Shown: in pieces, positions 22,507 to 32,068 of the stretch
Position numbering within the stretch: position 1 is the first letter of the stretch
Layout of the letters: each line of letters opens with the position of its first letter
Assembly (NCBI GenBank): GCA_964575425.1
Contig: CAZNRD010000006.1
Coordinates: 20,293-84,292 of the forward strand
Length of the DNA: 64,000 nt
From: an uncultured Anaerolineaceae bacterium
GTDB taxonomy: Bacteria > Chloroflexota > Anaerolineae > Anaerolineales > E44-bin32
Direction: 5' to 3'
Position numbers and translations under genes: made by a program
The notes under the pieces: generated by a model
The model's database searches: none
What the model was told of the DNA's origin: nothing
What the model saw: the letters and a program-made list of their open reading frames with translations, nothing else

Positions 22507-23225
22507 GCCTCAGTCAGGTGACCACGCCCCAGCGAGTGCTGGTGGTCCTGGCTCACCCCGACGACCCGGAGTTCTACTGTGGCGGGACAGTGGCCCGCTG
22601 GACCGCCGAGGGCCGTCAGGTCATCTACTGCCTGCTCACTAGGGGCGAAAGAGGGGCCAGCGACTCCAGCGCGGACCCCCGGTTGCTGGCTCAGCGCCGC
22701 GTGGCGGAACAGCAGGCAGCAGCCCGCGTCCTCGGCGTGCAGGAGGTGCTGTTCCTGGACTACCCGGACGGCTACCTCGTGGCCGACCTTTCCCTGCGTA
22801 AGGACGTCGTGCGCGGCATCCGGCGCGTCCAGCCTGATATCCTCATCACCTGCGACCCGACCAACTTCTTCCCCAGCTCCACGTACATCAACCACCCCGA
22901 CCACCGCGCGGCGGGCCAGGCGGCACTCGATGCCGTCTTTCCGGCGTCGGGTTCCGGGATGTTCTTTCCCGAGCTGGAACGGAGCGAAGGACTGTCGCCC
23001 CATAAGGTCCGCCAGGTCTATGTGGCCGGAGCACAGGCACCAAATACCGCCATCGATGTCACTGCATACCTAGATCGGAAGGTGGCTGCCCTGCGCGAGC
23101 ACCGGAGTCAGATACGGGACATGGACGGACTCGAAGGACGGATCCGGTCCTGGCTTCTGGACACGGACAGCCCGCCGGACGCGCCGCGCTATGTCGAGCA
23201 CTTTCAGCGAATCGACCTGGCCTGA
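22503..23225 (+). CDS. PIG-L/LmbE family deacetylase
   Basis: VLVVLAHPDDPEFYCGG motif and a later HPDH. The GTG at 22503 overlaps the upstream stop (GTGA). Confidence 0.8.
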   Translation: MSLSQVTTPQRVLVVLAHPDDPEFYCGGTVARWTAEGRQVIYCLLTRGERGASDSSADPRLLAQRRVAEQQAAARVLGVQEVLFLDYPDGYLVADLSLRKDVVRGIRRVQPDILITCDPTNFFPSSTYINHPDHRAAGQAALDAVFPASGSGMFFPELERSEGLSPHKVRQVYVAGAQAPNTAIDVTAYLDRKVAALREHRSQIRDMDGLEGRIRSWLLDTDSPPDAPRYVEHFQRIDLA

Positions 23226-23268
23226 GATGGGCTCCATCAGCCGGGGCAGCCGCCGCATGCGATGAGCA

Positions 23269-23940
23269 ATGGGCGGCATGATCTCCTCCGACTCATACCA
23301 CGTCTTTCGCCGTGCCGGTGGCAGAGGTTGGCTGGTACTGGCAGGTGAGATGGAAGGCTTTGCCCGGTCCCTCGGCCTGCTCAGTGGGAATCTTCTTGTT
23401 CATGCCGACCTCTCGCAGCCACCCAGATTGGTGCTCGGCCCGAAAACCGATCACGCCTCTGCCACGACCCTCTCCCGCTCCATCGAGCAGTGGCTCGGCA
23501 GTCGAGTTCAGCGCAAGGACCTCGCTTCTCAGACGATCGGGAGCTGGGTTGGCAAGGGGCTAATCGTGCTCGCCGGCGGCCCTTGGCGCGATTGGCTCGA
23601 GACACTCGCTTCCTTCTCGCCAAGAGAAGTCCTCGATGAGGGCAGCCTGGTCTGCGCTGTCGGGCCGGCCGCTGAAACCTTCGGGAGATGGATCTTCCCG
23701 GCTGGAGAGCGAGAACCTAGCGCTGGCCTGTCCTGGCTGCCAGGAGCCGTCGTTCAGACCGATGTCGTGGATCCCGTGGCGTTGGCCGCCGTGCGCGGAT
23801 TCCTCTCGCGCGAGCTATATTCGTACGCCATCTCGCTGCCGGCAGAGGCCGTCTTGGCCCTCGGGCCTGCCGGCGAGGTCGAGGTCTGGAGCCGAGAGGC
23901 GCCCACGGTCATCCTGGGAGTGGGCTGGAGGCAAGCATGA
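23269..23940 (+). CDS. hypothetical protein, distant peptidase S51/cyanophycinase-like flavour
   Basis: 223-aa ORF translationally coupled (ATGA) to the next gene. LIVLAGG and VCAVGPAAETFG resemble the S51 nucleophile region, but with Pro in place of Ser. Confidence 0.45.
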   Translation: MGGMISSDSYHVFRRAGGRGWLVLAGEMEGFARSLGLLSGNLLVHADLSQPPRLVLGPKTDHASATTLSRSIEQWLGSRVQRKDLASQTIGSWVGKGLIVLAGGPWRDWLETLASFSPREVLDEGSLVCAVGPAAETFGRWIFPAGEREPSAGLSWLPGAVVQTDVVDPVALAAVRGFLSRELYSYAISLPAEAVLALGPAGEVEVWSREAPTVILGVGWRQA

Positions 23941-24836
23941 GCGGAGGCAACGGCTATACTGCCATCCTGACGTTCTCTGGCCCGCCGCAGCGCGTCGTCA
24001 GCCTGGTGCCTTCTGTGACCGAAAGCCTCTTCGACCTGGGAGCCGGGCACTACGTCGTGGGTGTGACCGACTTCTGTCGGCCGCCAGAGGAGGCCGAAGG
24101 CCACCTGACGCGCGTCGGTGGCACCCGCAGTCCGGATCTCGAAGCCATCCTGTCCCTCAAACCCGAACTGGTGATTGCCAACAAGGAAGAGAACAGCCGG
24201 AGCGCGGTCGAGCGGCTGGAGGCGGCGGGCCTGAAGGTGTGGGTGACCTTCCCGCGCTCAATCGATGAGTTGCTGTCGCTGCTTTGGGCGCTTGTGCGCC
24301 TGTTCAACGTGCCCGCTTCCGGCAGCCGCATCCGCACCCTCGAGGTTACCCTCGAATGGGAGCGGCGGGCTTCCGCTCAACGCAGGCCCGTCCGCGTCTT
24401 TGCTCCGATCTGGCAGGGAAGAACGGACGGCGGTCAGACGTGGTGGATGACCTTCAACCGCGAGACCTATGCACACGATGTCTTGGCCCACTGCGGCGGC
24501 GAGAACGTGTTCGCCGATCGTCCGCGGCGCTACCCGCTGGAGGCCGACCTCGGCCTTGCCCCGCCTCAGGATCCGGGAGAGCGGGATACCCGCTACCCGC
24601 GACTGACCTCTGCGGAAGTGATCCGGGCCTCGCCCGAACTCGTCCTGCTGCCCGACGAGCCCTACGCATTCGGCGAGGCCGGGCAAGCAGCCGTCCGCGA
24701 CCAGTTGGCCGAGACGCCCGCCGTGCGTGACGGCCGCGTGCTATGTATTGACGGCACCCTGCTCACCTGGCATGGAACGCGATTGGCCCGGGCCCTGGCC
24801 GAGTTGCCCTCCATCCTGCAAACGGCAATTTCCTGA
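23937..24836 (+). CDS. BtuF/class 8 periplasmic-binding-protein-like cobalamin/iron-complex binding protein, no signal peptide seen
   Basis: RVVSLVPSVTESLFDLGAG..VVGVTDFC...PDLEAILSLKPELVIANKEEN is typical of BtuF-like helical-backbone binding proteins. Confidence 0.65.
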   Translation: MSGGNGYTAILTFSGPPQRVVSLVPSVTESLFDLGAGHYVVGVTDFCRPPEEAEGHLTRVGGTRSPDLEAILSLKPELVIANKEENSRSAVERLEAAGLKVWVTFPRSIDELLSLLWALVRLFNVPASGSRIRTLEVTLEWERRASAQRRPVRVFAPIWQGRTDGGQTWWMTFNRETYAHDVLAHCGGENVFADRPRRYPLEADLGLAPPQDPGERDTRYPRLTSAEVIRASPELVLLPDEPYAFGEAGQAAVRDQLAETPAVRDGRVLCIDGTLLTWHGTRLARALAELPSILQTAIS

Positions 24837-25095
24837 GGCGCGCCGCAGCCAAGCCCCGCCTGAGCGATAGTACAATAGCCGTCATCCTGCGGATGAGGTG
24901 AGGCATGCTGCCCGAGCTCAGGCTGCCCGCGAGACCGGTGGGTGCGCTGGCGGGAGTCCTCGTGGGTGGCTCGACCAGCGACTGCTTGCCGTGGCCAGCA
25001 GTGCCTGACGGGGAATGCATGTCTGTGGGGGTGGCAGCGGCATGCGGCTTCTTGCCTGTGAGCTGGGGTCTTGCCTCGAGCGCTCGAGGAGCCAA

Positions 25096-26241
25096 GTGAC
25101 AGTCTCTGAGGAGGCACGGGCGACCAGCGGTCGCCAGATCCGTCTCACCAGCCTGTCGTCCTGCGCGGGTTGAGCGTCTAAGCTGAGCGCGGAAGCGCTG
25201 GCGCAGGTGCTGCGCCCTCTGCAAGAGGCGTTCAAGGCTCAGGACTACCCGGACCTGCTGGTGGGGTTGGACCATCCAGACGACGCTGCCGTGTGGCGTC
25301 TGGACGCGGAGCGCGCCCTCGTGGCGACGACGGACTTCTTCACCCCCATCGTCGACGATCCGTACGCCTACGGCGCCATCGCCGCGGCCAATGCCCTGTC
25401 GGATCTCTACGCCATGGGCGCCACGCCCTTCCTGGCCCTCAACGTCGCCAACATGCCGCCGGACCTGCCGGCGGAGATTCTGCAGGAGATCTTCCGTGGA
25501 GGGGCGGAGAAGGTGCGGGAAGCAGGGGCCGTGATTGGTGGCGGCCACACGGTGCAGGACAAAGAACCCAAGTACGGCTTGGTGGCGCTGGGCATGGTGC
25601 GGCAGGACCAGTTGATGACCAAGGGCGGCGCCCGACCCGGGGACGTGCTGTGGCTCACCAAGCCGCTCGGCACCGGCGTCACCACCACCGCTCTCAAGCG
25701 CGGCGAGGCCTCGGACGAGGATGTGGCCGATGCAGTGCGGTGGATGACCCGGCTCAACCGGGACGCGGCCAGAGCGGCGGTCGAGGCCGGCGTCGGCGGC
25801 GCCACCGATGTGACAGGCTACAGCCTCCTGGGCCATGCGGTGGAGATGGCGGAGGCTTCATCGGCCCGCCTGACGTTCCACCTGCCGTCCATCCCCTTCC
25901 TGGCCGGCGCGCGCCGCTACGGAGAACGGGGCTGCTTCTCCGGCGGGAGCGCCGAGAATCAGTTGTTCTTCCGCGATCGCGTGGAAATCGCCGCCGCAGT
26001 CGATGAAACGACGCGCTGGCTCCTGTTCGATGCGCAGACTTCGGGGGGCCTGCTGCTTGCCGTTCCCCGCGAGCGTGTCCTTGACCTACTGAATCGATGC
26101 GATCAGCTCCGCGTGGCGGCGTGGCCGGTCGGCGTGGTCGATGCCGGAGTGGGAGTCCAAGTCGTCGATGGAGACTTCTCCGAGGCCTCGCCCACAACCG
26201 CGGCGAAGGCGGCCGACATCGCCTACTGGTCCCGAGGTTGA
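25096..26241 (+). CDS. selD: selenide, water dikinase (selenophosphate synthetase) with in-frame UGA (probable selenocysteine) at 25171-25173
   Basis: The ORF-track fragment 25207-26241 carries the AIR-synthase-like SelD core (DDAAVW...TTDFFTPIVDDPYAYGAIAAANALSDLYAMGA). Reading the same frame upstream gives V-TVSEEARATSGRQIRLTSLSSCAG-[TGA]-ASKLSAEALAQVL, which aligns with E. coli [20 protein letters not shown]. GTG at 25096 follows RBS GAGGAG. Confidence 0.85.
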
Positions 26242-26280
26242 GCATGCCCGGGCCGTATTCTCTCGTGAAGGAGGCATCCC

Positions 26281-27204
26281 ATGGCGAAAGTGACGATCAT
26301 CGGAGCGGGGCAGACGGGCGCCACGACAGCGCACTGGCTGGCGGAACGGGATATCGCCGACCTGGTCCTGGTGGACATCGTCGAAGGGCTGGCGCAGGGC
26401 AAGGGGCTCGATCTCAGTCAGGCGCTGCCCATCGTCGGGTCTGACGCGCGGGTGGTGGGCGGGACGGACTATGCCGAGACAGCCGGCTCAGACATCGTCG
26501 TAATCAGTGCCGGAATGCCGCGCAAACCCGGCATGAGCCGCGAGGAGCTCCTCTCGATCAACTGCGCCATCGTCCGCAGTGCGGTGGAGCAGTCGTTGAC
26601 TTTCTCCCCCGACGCCATTTTCCTCGTGCTCACCAATCCCCTCGACGCGATGTCCTACCTGGCAATGAAGGTCGGTGGGCTGCCGCGGGAGCGGGTGCTC
26701 GGGCAGGCCGGCATTCTCGACTCGTCGCGCATGCGGTCCTTTGTGGCGGCCGAGCTCGGGGTCAGCGTGCAAAGCGTGCATTGCTACGTCCTCGGTGGTC
26801 ATGGGGACGAGATGGTGCCGCTGACACGACACTCCAACGTGGCCGGAATCCCCCTCGTAGACCTGCTGCCTGCGGATCGCCTTGCCGCCATCGTCCAGCG
26901 CACGCGCCTTGCCGGTGGGGAGATCGTCGGGCTGCTGAAGACAGGCAGCGCCTACTATGCGCCGGGCGCGGCTCTGGTGCAGATGGTGGAGGCCATTCTG
27001 CGGGATCGGCATCTGATCGTCGCCGCCTCCGCCTATATGCAGGGTGAATATGGCCTATCGGACCTGTTCTTCGGCGTGCCGGTCCAGCTTGGCCGGTCCG
27101 GGCTGGAGAAGGTCATCGAATACGAGCTGAACGCCGAGGAGCGCGAGGCGCTGGCCCGTTCAGCGGAGAAGGTGCGGGAAACCATTCGCAGCCTTCCGCT
27201 CTGA
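26281..27204 (+). CDS. mdh: malate dehydrogenase (LDH-like family)
   Basis: KVTIIGAGQTGATTA Rossmann motif, GMPRKPGMSREELL and VLGGHGDEMVP. Confidence 0.9.
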   Translation: MAKVTIIGAGQTGATTAHWLAERDIADLVLVDIVEGLAQGKGLDLSQALPIVGSDARVVGGTDYAETAGSDIVVISAGMPRKPGMSREELLSINCAIVRSAVEQSLTFSPDAIFLVLTNPLDAMSYLAMKVGGLPRERVLGQAGILDSSRMRSFVAAELGVSVQSVHCYVLGGHGDEMVPLTRHSNVAGIPLVDLLPADRLAAIVQRTRLAGGEIVGLLKTGSAYYAPGAALVQMVEAILRDRHLIVAASAYMQGEYGLSDLFFGVPVQLGRSGLEKVIEYELNAEEREALARSAEKVRETIRSLPL

Positions 27205-27222
27205 CGGGAGACACAAACGCGT

Positions 27223-27252
27223 GTGCCTCCCGGCGGGCGTGCCGGGAGGCAC
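27223..27252. terminator. 12-bp hairpin between convergent mdh and hydrolase genes
   Basis: GTGCCTCCCGGC-GGGCGT-GCCGGGAGGCAC. On the minus strand it is followed by GCGTTTGTGT. Confidence 0.55.
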
Positions 27253-27287
27253 AGCGATGCGGACATCGGCAAGCTGCAGCGCGCGGC

Positions 27288-28118
27288 TCACAGGTGGCGC
27301 CTCAGCCATTCCTCGACGTCGGCCATCACCCGTTCGTGCTCAACGTCGTTGTGCGGCTCGTGGTAGCCCTCGGCGTATTCGATGTGCCGGACATCAGGAA
27401 AGGAGATGCGGCTGACGAAGCGCCGGGTGTCCGCCGGCCGACAGAGCCGGTCCTTTTCCCCCTGGATGATGAGGAGCGGCAGGCGCAGGTCGCCGGCGTG
27501 GGCCTGAACCCATTCGGCGGTGTCGGTCAACTCCGTTCCAAGTCGGGCATTCGCTTTGCTGTGGACCAGGGGGTCCGTGCGGTAGTCCTCGACGACGGCG
27601 GGGTCGCGCGAGAGAGCCGTCGCGTCGAGGCCTGTGTCCAGGGTCATGCCCGGAAGCACTTTCGAAAGCACTCGGCTGAGCGTGAGGAGGAATGGAGGAA
27701 TGCCCGGCGCTCCCAGGACCGGGCCTGAGATGACAGCGCCTCTGAGCCCGGCCGGGTTGCGGAGCACGAAATCGAGCACGATTAGTCCGCCGAGGCTGTG
27801 GCCGAAGACGAACAGGGGCTGCCCGGGCTCGCGCTGCGAGACGAATCCCAGGAACGATGCTTGATCCTGGCGGAAATCCCCCCAGGAACGGATGTTGCCC
27901 CGCCGTCCGGGCGACTTGCCGTGGCCTCGCAGGTCATAGCCGTAGATGGTGAAGCCGCGAGGGACAAGATGGCCGATCACGTTGCGGTAGCGCCCGCTGT
28001 GCTCTCCGTGGCCGTGGGTGATTGCCAGGACGGCCCTGGAGGCTGCATCGGGGTGCCACGATTGGCAGTACAACTCCAGGCCATCGCGTGTGCTGAAATG
28101 CCCTTCACGACTGCGCAT
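27288..28118 (-). CDS. alpha/beta hydrolase, lysophospholipase/monoacylglycerol-lipase-like
   Basis: HGHGEHSGRY, nucleophile elbow GHSLGG, and C-terminal YHEPHND. Confidence 0.8.
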   Translation of the reverse strand: MRSREGHFSTRDGLELYCQSWHPDAASRAVLAITHGHGEHSGRYRNVIGHLVPRGFTIYGYDLRGHGKSPGRRGNIRSWGDFRQDQASFLGFVSQREPGQPLFVFGHSLGGLIVLDFVLRNPAGLRGAVISGPVLGAPGIPPFLLTLSRVLSKVLPGMTLDTGLDATALSRDPAVVEDYRTDPLVHSKANARLGTELTDTAEWVQAHAGDLRLPLLIIQGEKDRLCRPADTRRFVSRISFPDVRHIEYAEGYHEPHNDVEHERVMADVEEWLRRHL

Positions 28119-28368
28119 GACTGAGCTCCTGTGGAGTGGAGTGGGCTGGTCGGAGCGGTCTCTCCAGCCCGTCGCAGGACGATGATAGCACTGGTGGGTG
28201 AAAGGGGGAAAGCGAAAGAGCGCAGCGACTTCGCTCGGCGGCCAGGGCGCTAGACAGATGCGTCAAGCGATGATAGCATCCGTCCGGCCGCGAGTCTGGC
28301 GGCAGAGAGGCGGCCCGAGTGCTGAGGGCCGGGGCCTGGTCCGGGCGGTCGTGGAAGGAGGCGCAGGC

Positions 28369-28578
28369 ATGCACGAACGATGGATCGGCAAGGTCAAATG
28401 GTTCAACAGTGGAAAGGGATACGGCTTCATCGAGCGCGAGGGTGGGCCGGATGTGTTCGTGCACTATTCGGCCATTCGAGGGGAGGGCTTCCGCAACCTC
28501 GAGGAAGGTCAGCAGGTGGAATTCTCCATCGAACAGGGCAAGGAAGGGCCGCGCGCCGCGGACGTCGTCGTCCTGTAG
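28369..28578 (+). CDS. cold-shock protein (CspA family)
   Basis: [15 protein letters not shown] (RNP1) and VFVHYS (RNP2). RBS GGAGG precedes the ATG at 28369. 69 aa. Confidence 0.9.
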   Translation: MHERWIGKVKWFNSGKGYGFIEREGGPDVFVHYSAIRGEGFRNLEEGQQVEFSIEQGKEGPRAADVVVL

Positions 28579-28598
28579 CTTGCTGCGCCGGAAGCACA

Positions 28599-28630
28599 GG
28601 CGCCCCCGGTTCCAACGGGGGCGCCTTTTG
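28599..28630. terminator. intrinsic terminator after csp (also faces the convergent LysM gene)
   Basis: GGCGCCCCCG-GTTCCAA-CGGGGGCGCC followed by TTTTGTTT. Confidence 0.75.
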
Positions 28631-28647
28631 TTTCCACCAGCGGCCGT

Positions 28648-29790
28648 CTAGGGGGTGCGGGTGGGGCCAATGGCTGCGCCGGACCAAGTGAAGTCGCGGC
28701 GAATGCTGGTGGTGCCTGCTGAAGTGTAGATGGGATTGCCGGCGGGATTCGTGCCCGTTTGTCGCACGGTCGTCACCCACCAGCGCAGCACGTGCGGGAG
28801 GGCCTCGACGGGGCGCATTGAAACCGGCACGATGTACTTCGTGTCGCGGACATAGGTCACGATGCGTCGGGTGCCGGTGCCGTCTGTGATGTCCTCCACC
28901 ACAACCTGATAGTACTCATTCTCCCGCAACTGGCCGACGGATGCCCACTGCAATGTGACGCTGTCGTTGGCGAGCGTGAAGGCGGCGCCGTCCTGCGGGA
29001 GCAGCAGATTGGGAGCGGGGTACGGCGGCGGAGGGGTGGGAGTGGGCGAAGGGCCGGGCGTCGGGTTGCGCGCACAGAGCGGGATGATCAACACCTGTCC
29101 GGTCCACACGGTCGGGCCGCTCATGTTGTTCCAGGCCATAATGGCCTGCATGTTGACGTTGTAGTTCGCGGCGATGCCGCTCAAAGTGTCAGTCTCCTGC
29201 ACGGTGTAGGTGATCGTTTCGCAGGCTGCGCGTGTCGCCTCTTCGGGGGAGAGCGTGTTTGTTGGCAGTGGGGTTCCGGTTGGTGTGGGCTGAGGGATGA
29301 GGATGCGCTGCCCCCGCACCAGCAGTTCGCACCGCATGCCGGGGTTGAGAGCCAGGATGGATTGGAGGGAGACGTCGAAGATCGCTGCCAGATCGACGCA
29401 GTACAGGTTGGGGGCGAGGGTGATCTCGATCGGGGGGAGCGGCGTCCATGTCGGCTCGGGAGTCGGTGTGGAGGAGGGCGCCGGGGTGTTGGAGATGGTG
29501 GGCGTGAGCGAGGCGGTCGCGGATGGTGAGCCGCTGCCGGGGCTGGCGGCTCGGCTGACGACCAAGACAAGCCCGGCAGCGAGAGCGACGACGCCCACCA
29601 GGATGCCGACGGCCAGTGGCAAGGGCAGGGTAATCTCCCCCCGTGCTCGTGCTGGGCCGCGATCTCGCGTGACGCCTGGGCGCACCTCGCTGCCACAGAC
29701 GACGCACCGGGTCGCCTCTTCGCGGATCCGAGAGCCGCACGTCGGGCACAGCCGCCGGGAAGTGGGTGGAGTCTGTGCGGGAGAGGTCAT
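28648..29790 (-). CDS. zinc-ribbon / TM / LysM-repeat peptidoglycan-binding protein
   Basis: N-terminal CPTCG..CVVCG, one TM helix, a Pro/Thr/Ser linker, and two LysM-like repeats (YTVQETDTLSGIAANYNVNMQAIMAWNN). Confidence 0.8.
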   Translation of the reverse strand: MTSPAQTPPTSRRLCPTCGSRIREEATRCVVCGSEVRPGVTRDRGPARARGEITLPLPLAVGILVGVVALAAGLVLVVSRAASPGSGSPSATASLTPTISNTPAPSSTPTPEPTWTPLPPIEITLAPNLYCVDLAAIFDVSLQSILALNPGMRCELLVRGQRILIPQPTPTGTPLPTNTLSPEEATRAACETITYTVQETDTLSGIAANYNVNMQAIMAWNNMSGPTVWTGQVLIIPLCARNPTPGPSPTPTPPPPYPAPNLLLPQDGAAFTLANDSVTLQWASVGQLRENEYYQVVVEDITDGTGTRRIVTYVRDTKYIVPVSMRPVEALPHVLRWWVTTVRQTGTNPAGNPIYTSAGTTSIRRDFTWSGAAIGPTRTP

Positions 29791-29865
29791 TCGTTTGGTC
29801 CGCAGACCGTTGGATTATACCAAAGGCTCAACCGATGCCATGAGTGCTCGTTGGCGTGGTCCCGT

Positions 29866-30438
29866 TTAGGCATCGGGCGGGCCTCCGGCTAGGCCTAGTT
29901 CGACTGCGATCGTACGCATCGCCAGGATGACTTGGCCGACATGCTCCCACAGCTCGACTCCGAATTCGGCGGCGGCGCGTTCGATCTGCTGGCGATCGAC
30001 GGCGGCGGCGAACCGGCTGTCCTTCCACTTGTTGCGGACCGACGCCACCTCGAGGTCGTGGAGAGAGCGCGAGGGGCGGACCAGGGCCACGGCCGTGATC
30101 AGGCCGGTGACTTCATCGCAGGCGTAGAGGGCGCGCTCCATCGGCGCTTGGCGCGGGATCCCGGTGTGATCCGCGTGACTGAGGATGCAGCGCACGATAT
30201 CCTCGGGCACGCACCGAGCGCGCAGGATGGCCGCGCCTGCCTGGGGGTGCTGGTCCAGGGAGGGGTGGATTTCCCAGTCGAAGTCGTGCAGCAGCCCGGC
30301 CAGCCCCCAGGTCTGGGGATCTCCGCCGAAGCGTCGGGCGTAGTGGTGCATGGCGGCCTCAACCGCGAGCATGTGCCGTATCAGGTTCGGATTCTGGACG
30401 AACTCATGCAGGAGACCCAGGGCCGTGTCACGATCCAT
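29866..30438 (-). CDS. HD/HDIG domain phosphohydrolase
   Basis: IRHMLAVEAAM...GLLHDFD...SHADHTG metal-ligand pattern. The start is taken at MDRDTALG. Confidence 0.75.
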   Translation of the reverse strand: MDRDTALGLLHEFVQNPNLIRHMLAVEAAMHHYARRFGGDPQTWGLAGLLHDFDWEIHPSLDQHPQAGAAILRARCVPEDIVRCILSHADHTGIPRQAPMERALYACDEVTGLITAVALVRPSRSLHDLEVASVRNKWKDSRFAAAVDRQQIERAAAEFGVELWEHVGQVILAMRTIAVELGLAGGPPDA

Positions 30439-31090
30439 GAGGCGTCTCCGTTTCGAAGGTTGCCGGCGGCTCGCTGGGGGTGGGACAGATGAGGCGGGTC
30501 TCCAGCAGTGCGACCCACGTGGCGGGGAGTTCGCGCAGATGCCAGAAAGCGCGGGAGCGGGCGTCATACGGATGCAGGTCGGCCTGGACGCCGATTGCGT
30601 TCACGCCGAGAGCGGCGCACGTGGCGATGGCGCGCGGCAGGTGGAAGCGCTGGGTGACAAGGATTGCGTCGGAGATGCCGAAGCGCTGCCGGGCCCGCAG
30701 GCAGGTGTCAAGAGTGCGGCGTCCGGCGGCGTCGATGAGGATGGCGTCGGCAGGGACGCCGAGGCGAATGGCCAGGCTGCGCATAGCCATTGGCTCATCA
30801 ATGCGCAAGGTCCCTGAGGCGCCGCTCATCAGGAGGCGCTCAACCTTGCCGGCGTGGAAGAGATGCGCGGCGGCGGCAACGCGATCGGCCAGGACGGTCG
30901 TGGGAGTGCCATCGCGACGCAGACCGGCGCCAAAGACGATCGCCACGGGCCGGGAGGGTGCTTCGGCGGGGGAGTAGATTGACCGGGCATAGCGGCGGAC
31001 AAGAAGCCAGCGGGGAAACCCGAAGATCAACAGAGCCAGAATCAGAAGACCGGCCACACGGGCCACCACCGGAACAAGGCGCCAGACCAT
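30428..31090 (-). CDS. DUF218 (SanA/YdcF/ElyC-like) membrane-anchored protein
   Basis: N-terminal TM helix, then AIVFGAGL..DGTP...RV..A..L...GKV..LLMSG, typical of SanA/YdcF. Confidence 0.75.
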   Translation of the reverse strand: MVWRLVPVVARVAGLLILALLIFGFPRWLLVRRYARSIYSPAEAPSRPVAIVFGAGLRRDGTPTTVLADRVAAAAHLFHAGKVERLLMSGASGTLRIDEPMAMRSLAIRLGVPADAILIDAAGRRTLDTCLRARQRFGISDAILVTQRFHLPRAIATCAALGVNAIGVQADLHPYDARSRAFWHLRELPATWVALLETRLICPTPSEPPATFETETPHGS

Positions 31091-31327
31091 GGGGCCATTC
31101 TATCAGAGGCGCGGTGGCCGATCGGCGCGAAGAGCTCCTTGCCCGAGGGGGCCAGGCGAGCAAGCGTCGAAGTCATCGATGGCGGGGAGCGGAATTCCTG
31201 CGCAAGCGCTGGACGCAGCCGAGGGGACCGGGCTGTGGCTGCTGACCCCGAGTGTGGTTCTGTGCTATACTGCGATAGATAGCATTCATCAGATTGATAG
31301 GATGACTCGGCACAAGAGGCGGGCCGA

Positions 31328-32068
31328 ATGGCAGAGGATAGAGGTTCCGAGCTGATGCACTACCTGGCCGAGCGGCAGCTCACTGCGGGTGAGCGGCTGC
31401 CGGCCATCCAGGAGTTGGCGCGCGAACTGGGTGTCAGCACTGGCAAACTGCGCGAGCAGCTCGAGGTCTCCCGGCAGCTCGGCTTGGTGGAAATCCGACC
31501 CAAGACCGGCATCCGCCTCCGGCCCCTCGACTTCTTCCCGGGAATCTGGCTCAGTCTGCGATATGCCCTCGGCCTGGACCCGAGGGTCTTCGAGCAGTAC
31601 GAGATGCTGCGCAACCACCTCGAAGCCTCGTTCTTTCTCGAGGCCGCTCGCCTGCTGAAGCCGGAAGACAAGGGCTATCTCCTCGACCTGATCACGCGCG
31701 CCTGGCAACGGCTGCAGGGTGACCCGATCCAGATTCCCCATGCCGAGCACCGCGAGCTACACCTGACGATCTACCGGCGGCTCGACAATCCCTTTCTCCA
31801 GGGGCTGCTGGAAGCCTACTGGGAAGCATACGAGACCGTGGGCCTGAATGTGTACGCGGACTACGGCTTCCTGCATGAGGTCTGGACCTACCACGATCGG
31901 ATGGTGCAGCAGATTCTGCAAGGGGATTACGAGGCGGCGCAGCGCACGCTCATCGAGCACACGGCGCTGCTGGACAAGCGGCCCAAGTTGGCTCGCAACC
32001 GTGCGCCGAACGCTTCCAGCAGGGGCTTCGACGCCCAGCGTCGGGCCAGGCAAGGAGTCGCAGGATGA
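31328..32068 (+). CDS. GntR/FadR-family transcriptional regulator (wHTH + FCD domain)
   Basis: LPAIQELARELGVSTGKLREQLEVSRQLGLVEIRPKTG HTH region and a helical C-terminal domain. An alternative start is ATG 31355. Confidence 0.8.
   Translation: MAEDRGSELMHYLAERQLTAGERLPAIQELARELGVSTGKLREQLEVSRQLGLVEIRPKTGIRLRPLDFFPGIWLSLRYALGLDPRVFEQYEMLRNHLEASFFLEAARLLKPEDKGYLLDLITRAWQRLQGDPIQIPHAEHRELHLTIYRRLDNPFLQGLLEAYWEAYETVGLNVYADYGFLHEVWTYHDRMVQQILQGDYEAAQRTLIEHTALLDKRPKLARNRAPNASSRGFDAQRRARQGVAG

Noticed and set aside
24837-25095. A tRNA-Sec (selC) or cobalamin riboswitch might lie in the 259-nt gap between the BtuF-like gene and selD.
   Set aside because: There is no GGTTCGA-type T-loop and no UCA anticodon loop context. 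There is also no B12-box (GCCACTG-type) match. The gap is probably just the promoter and leader of selD.
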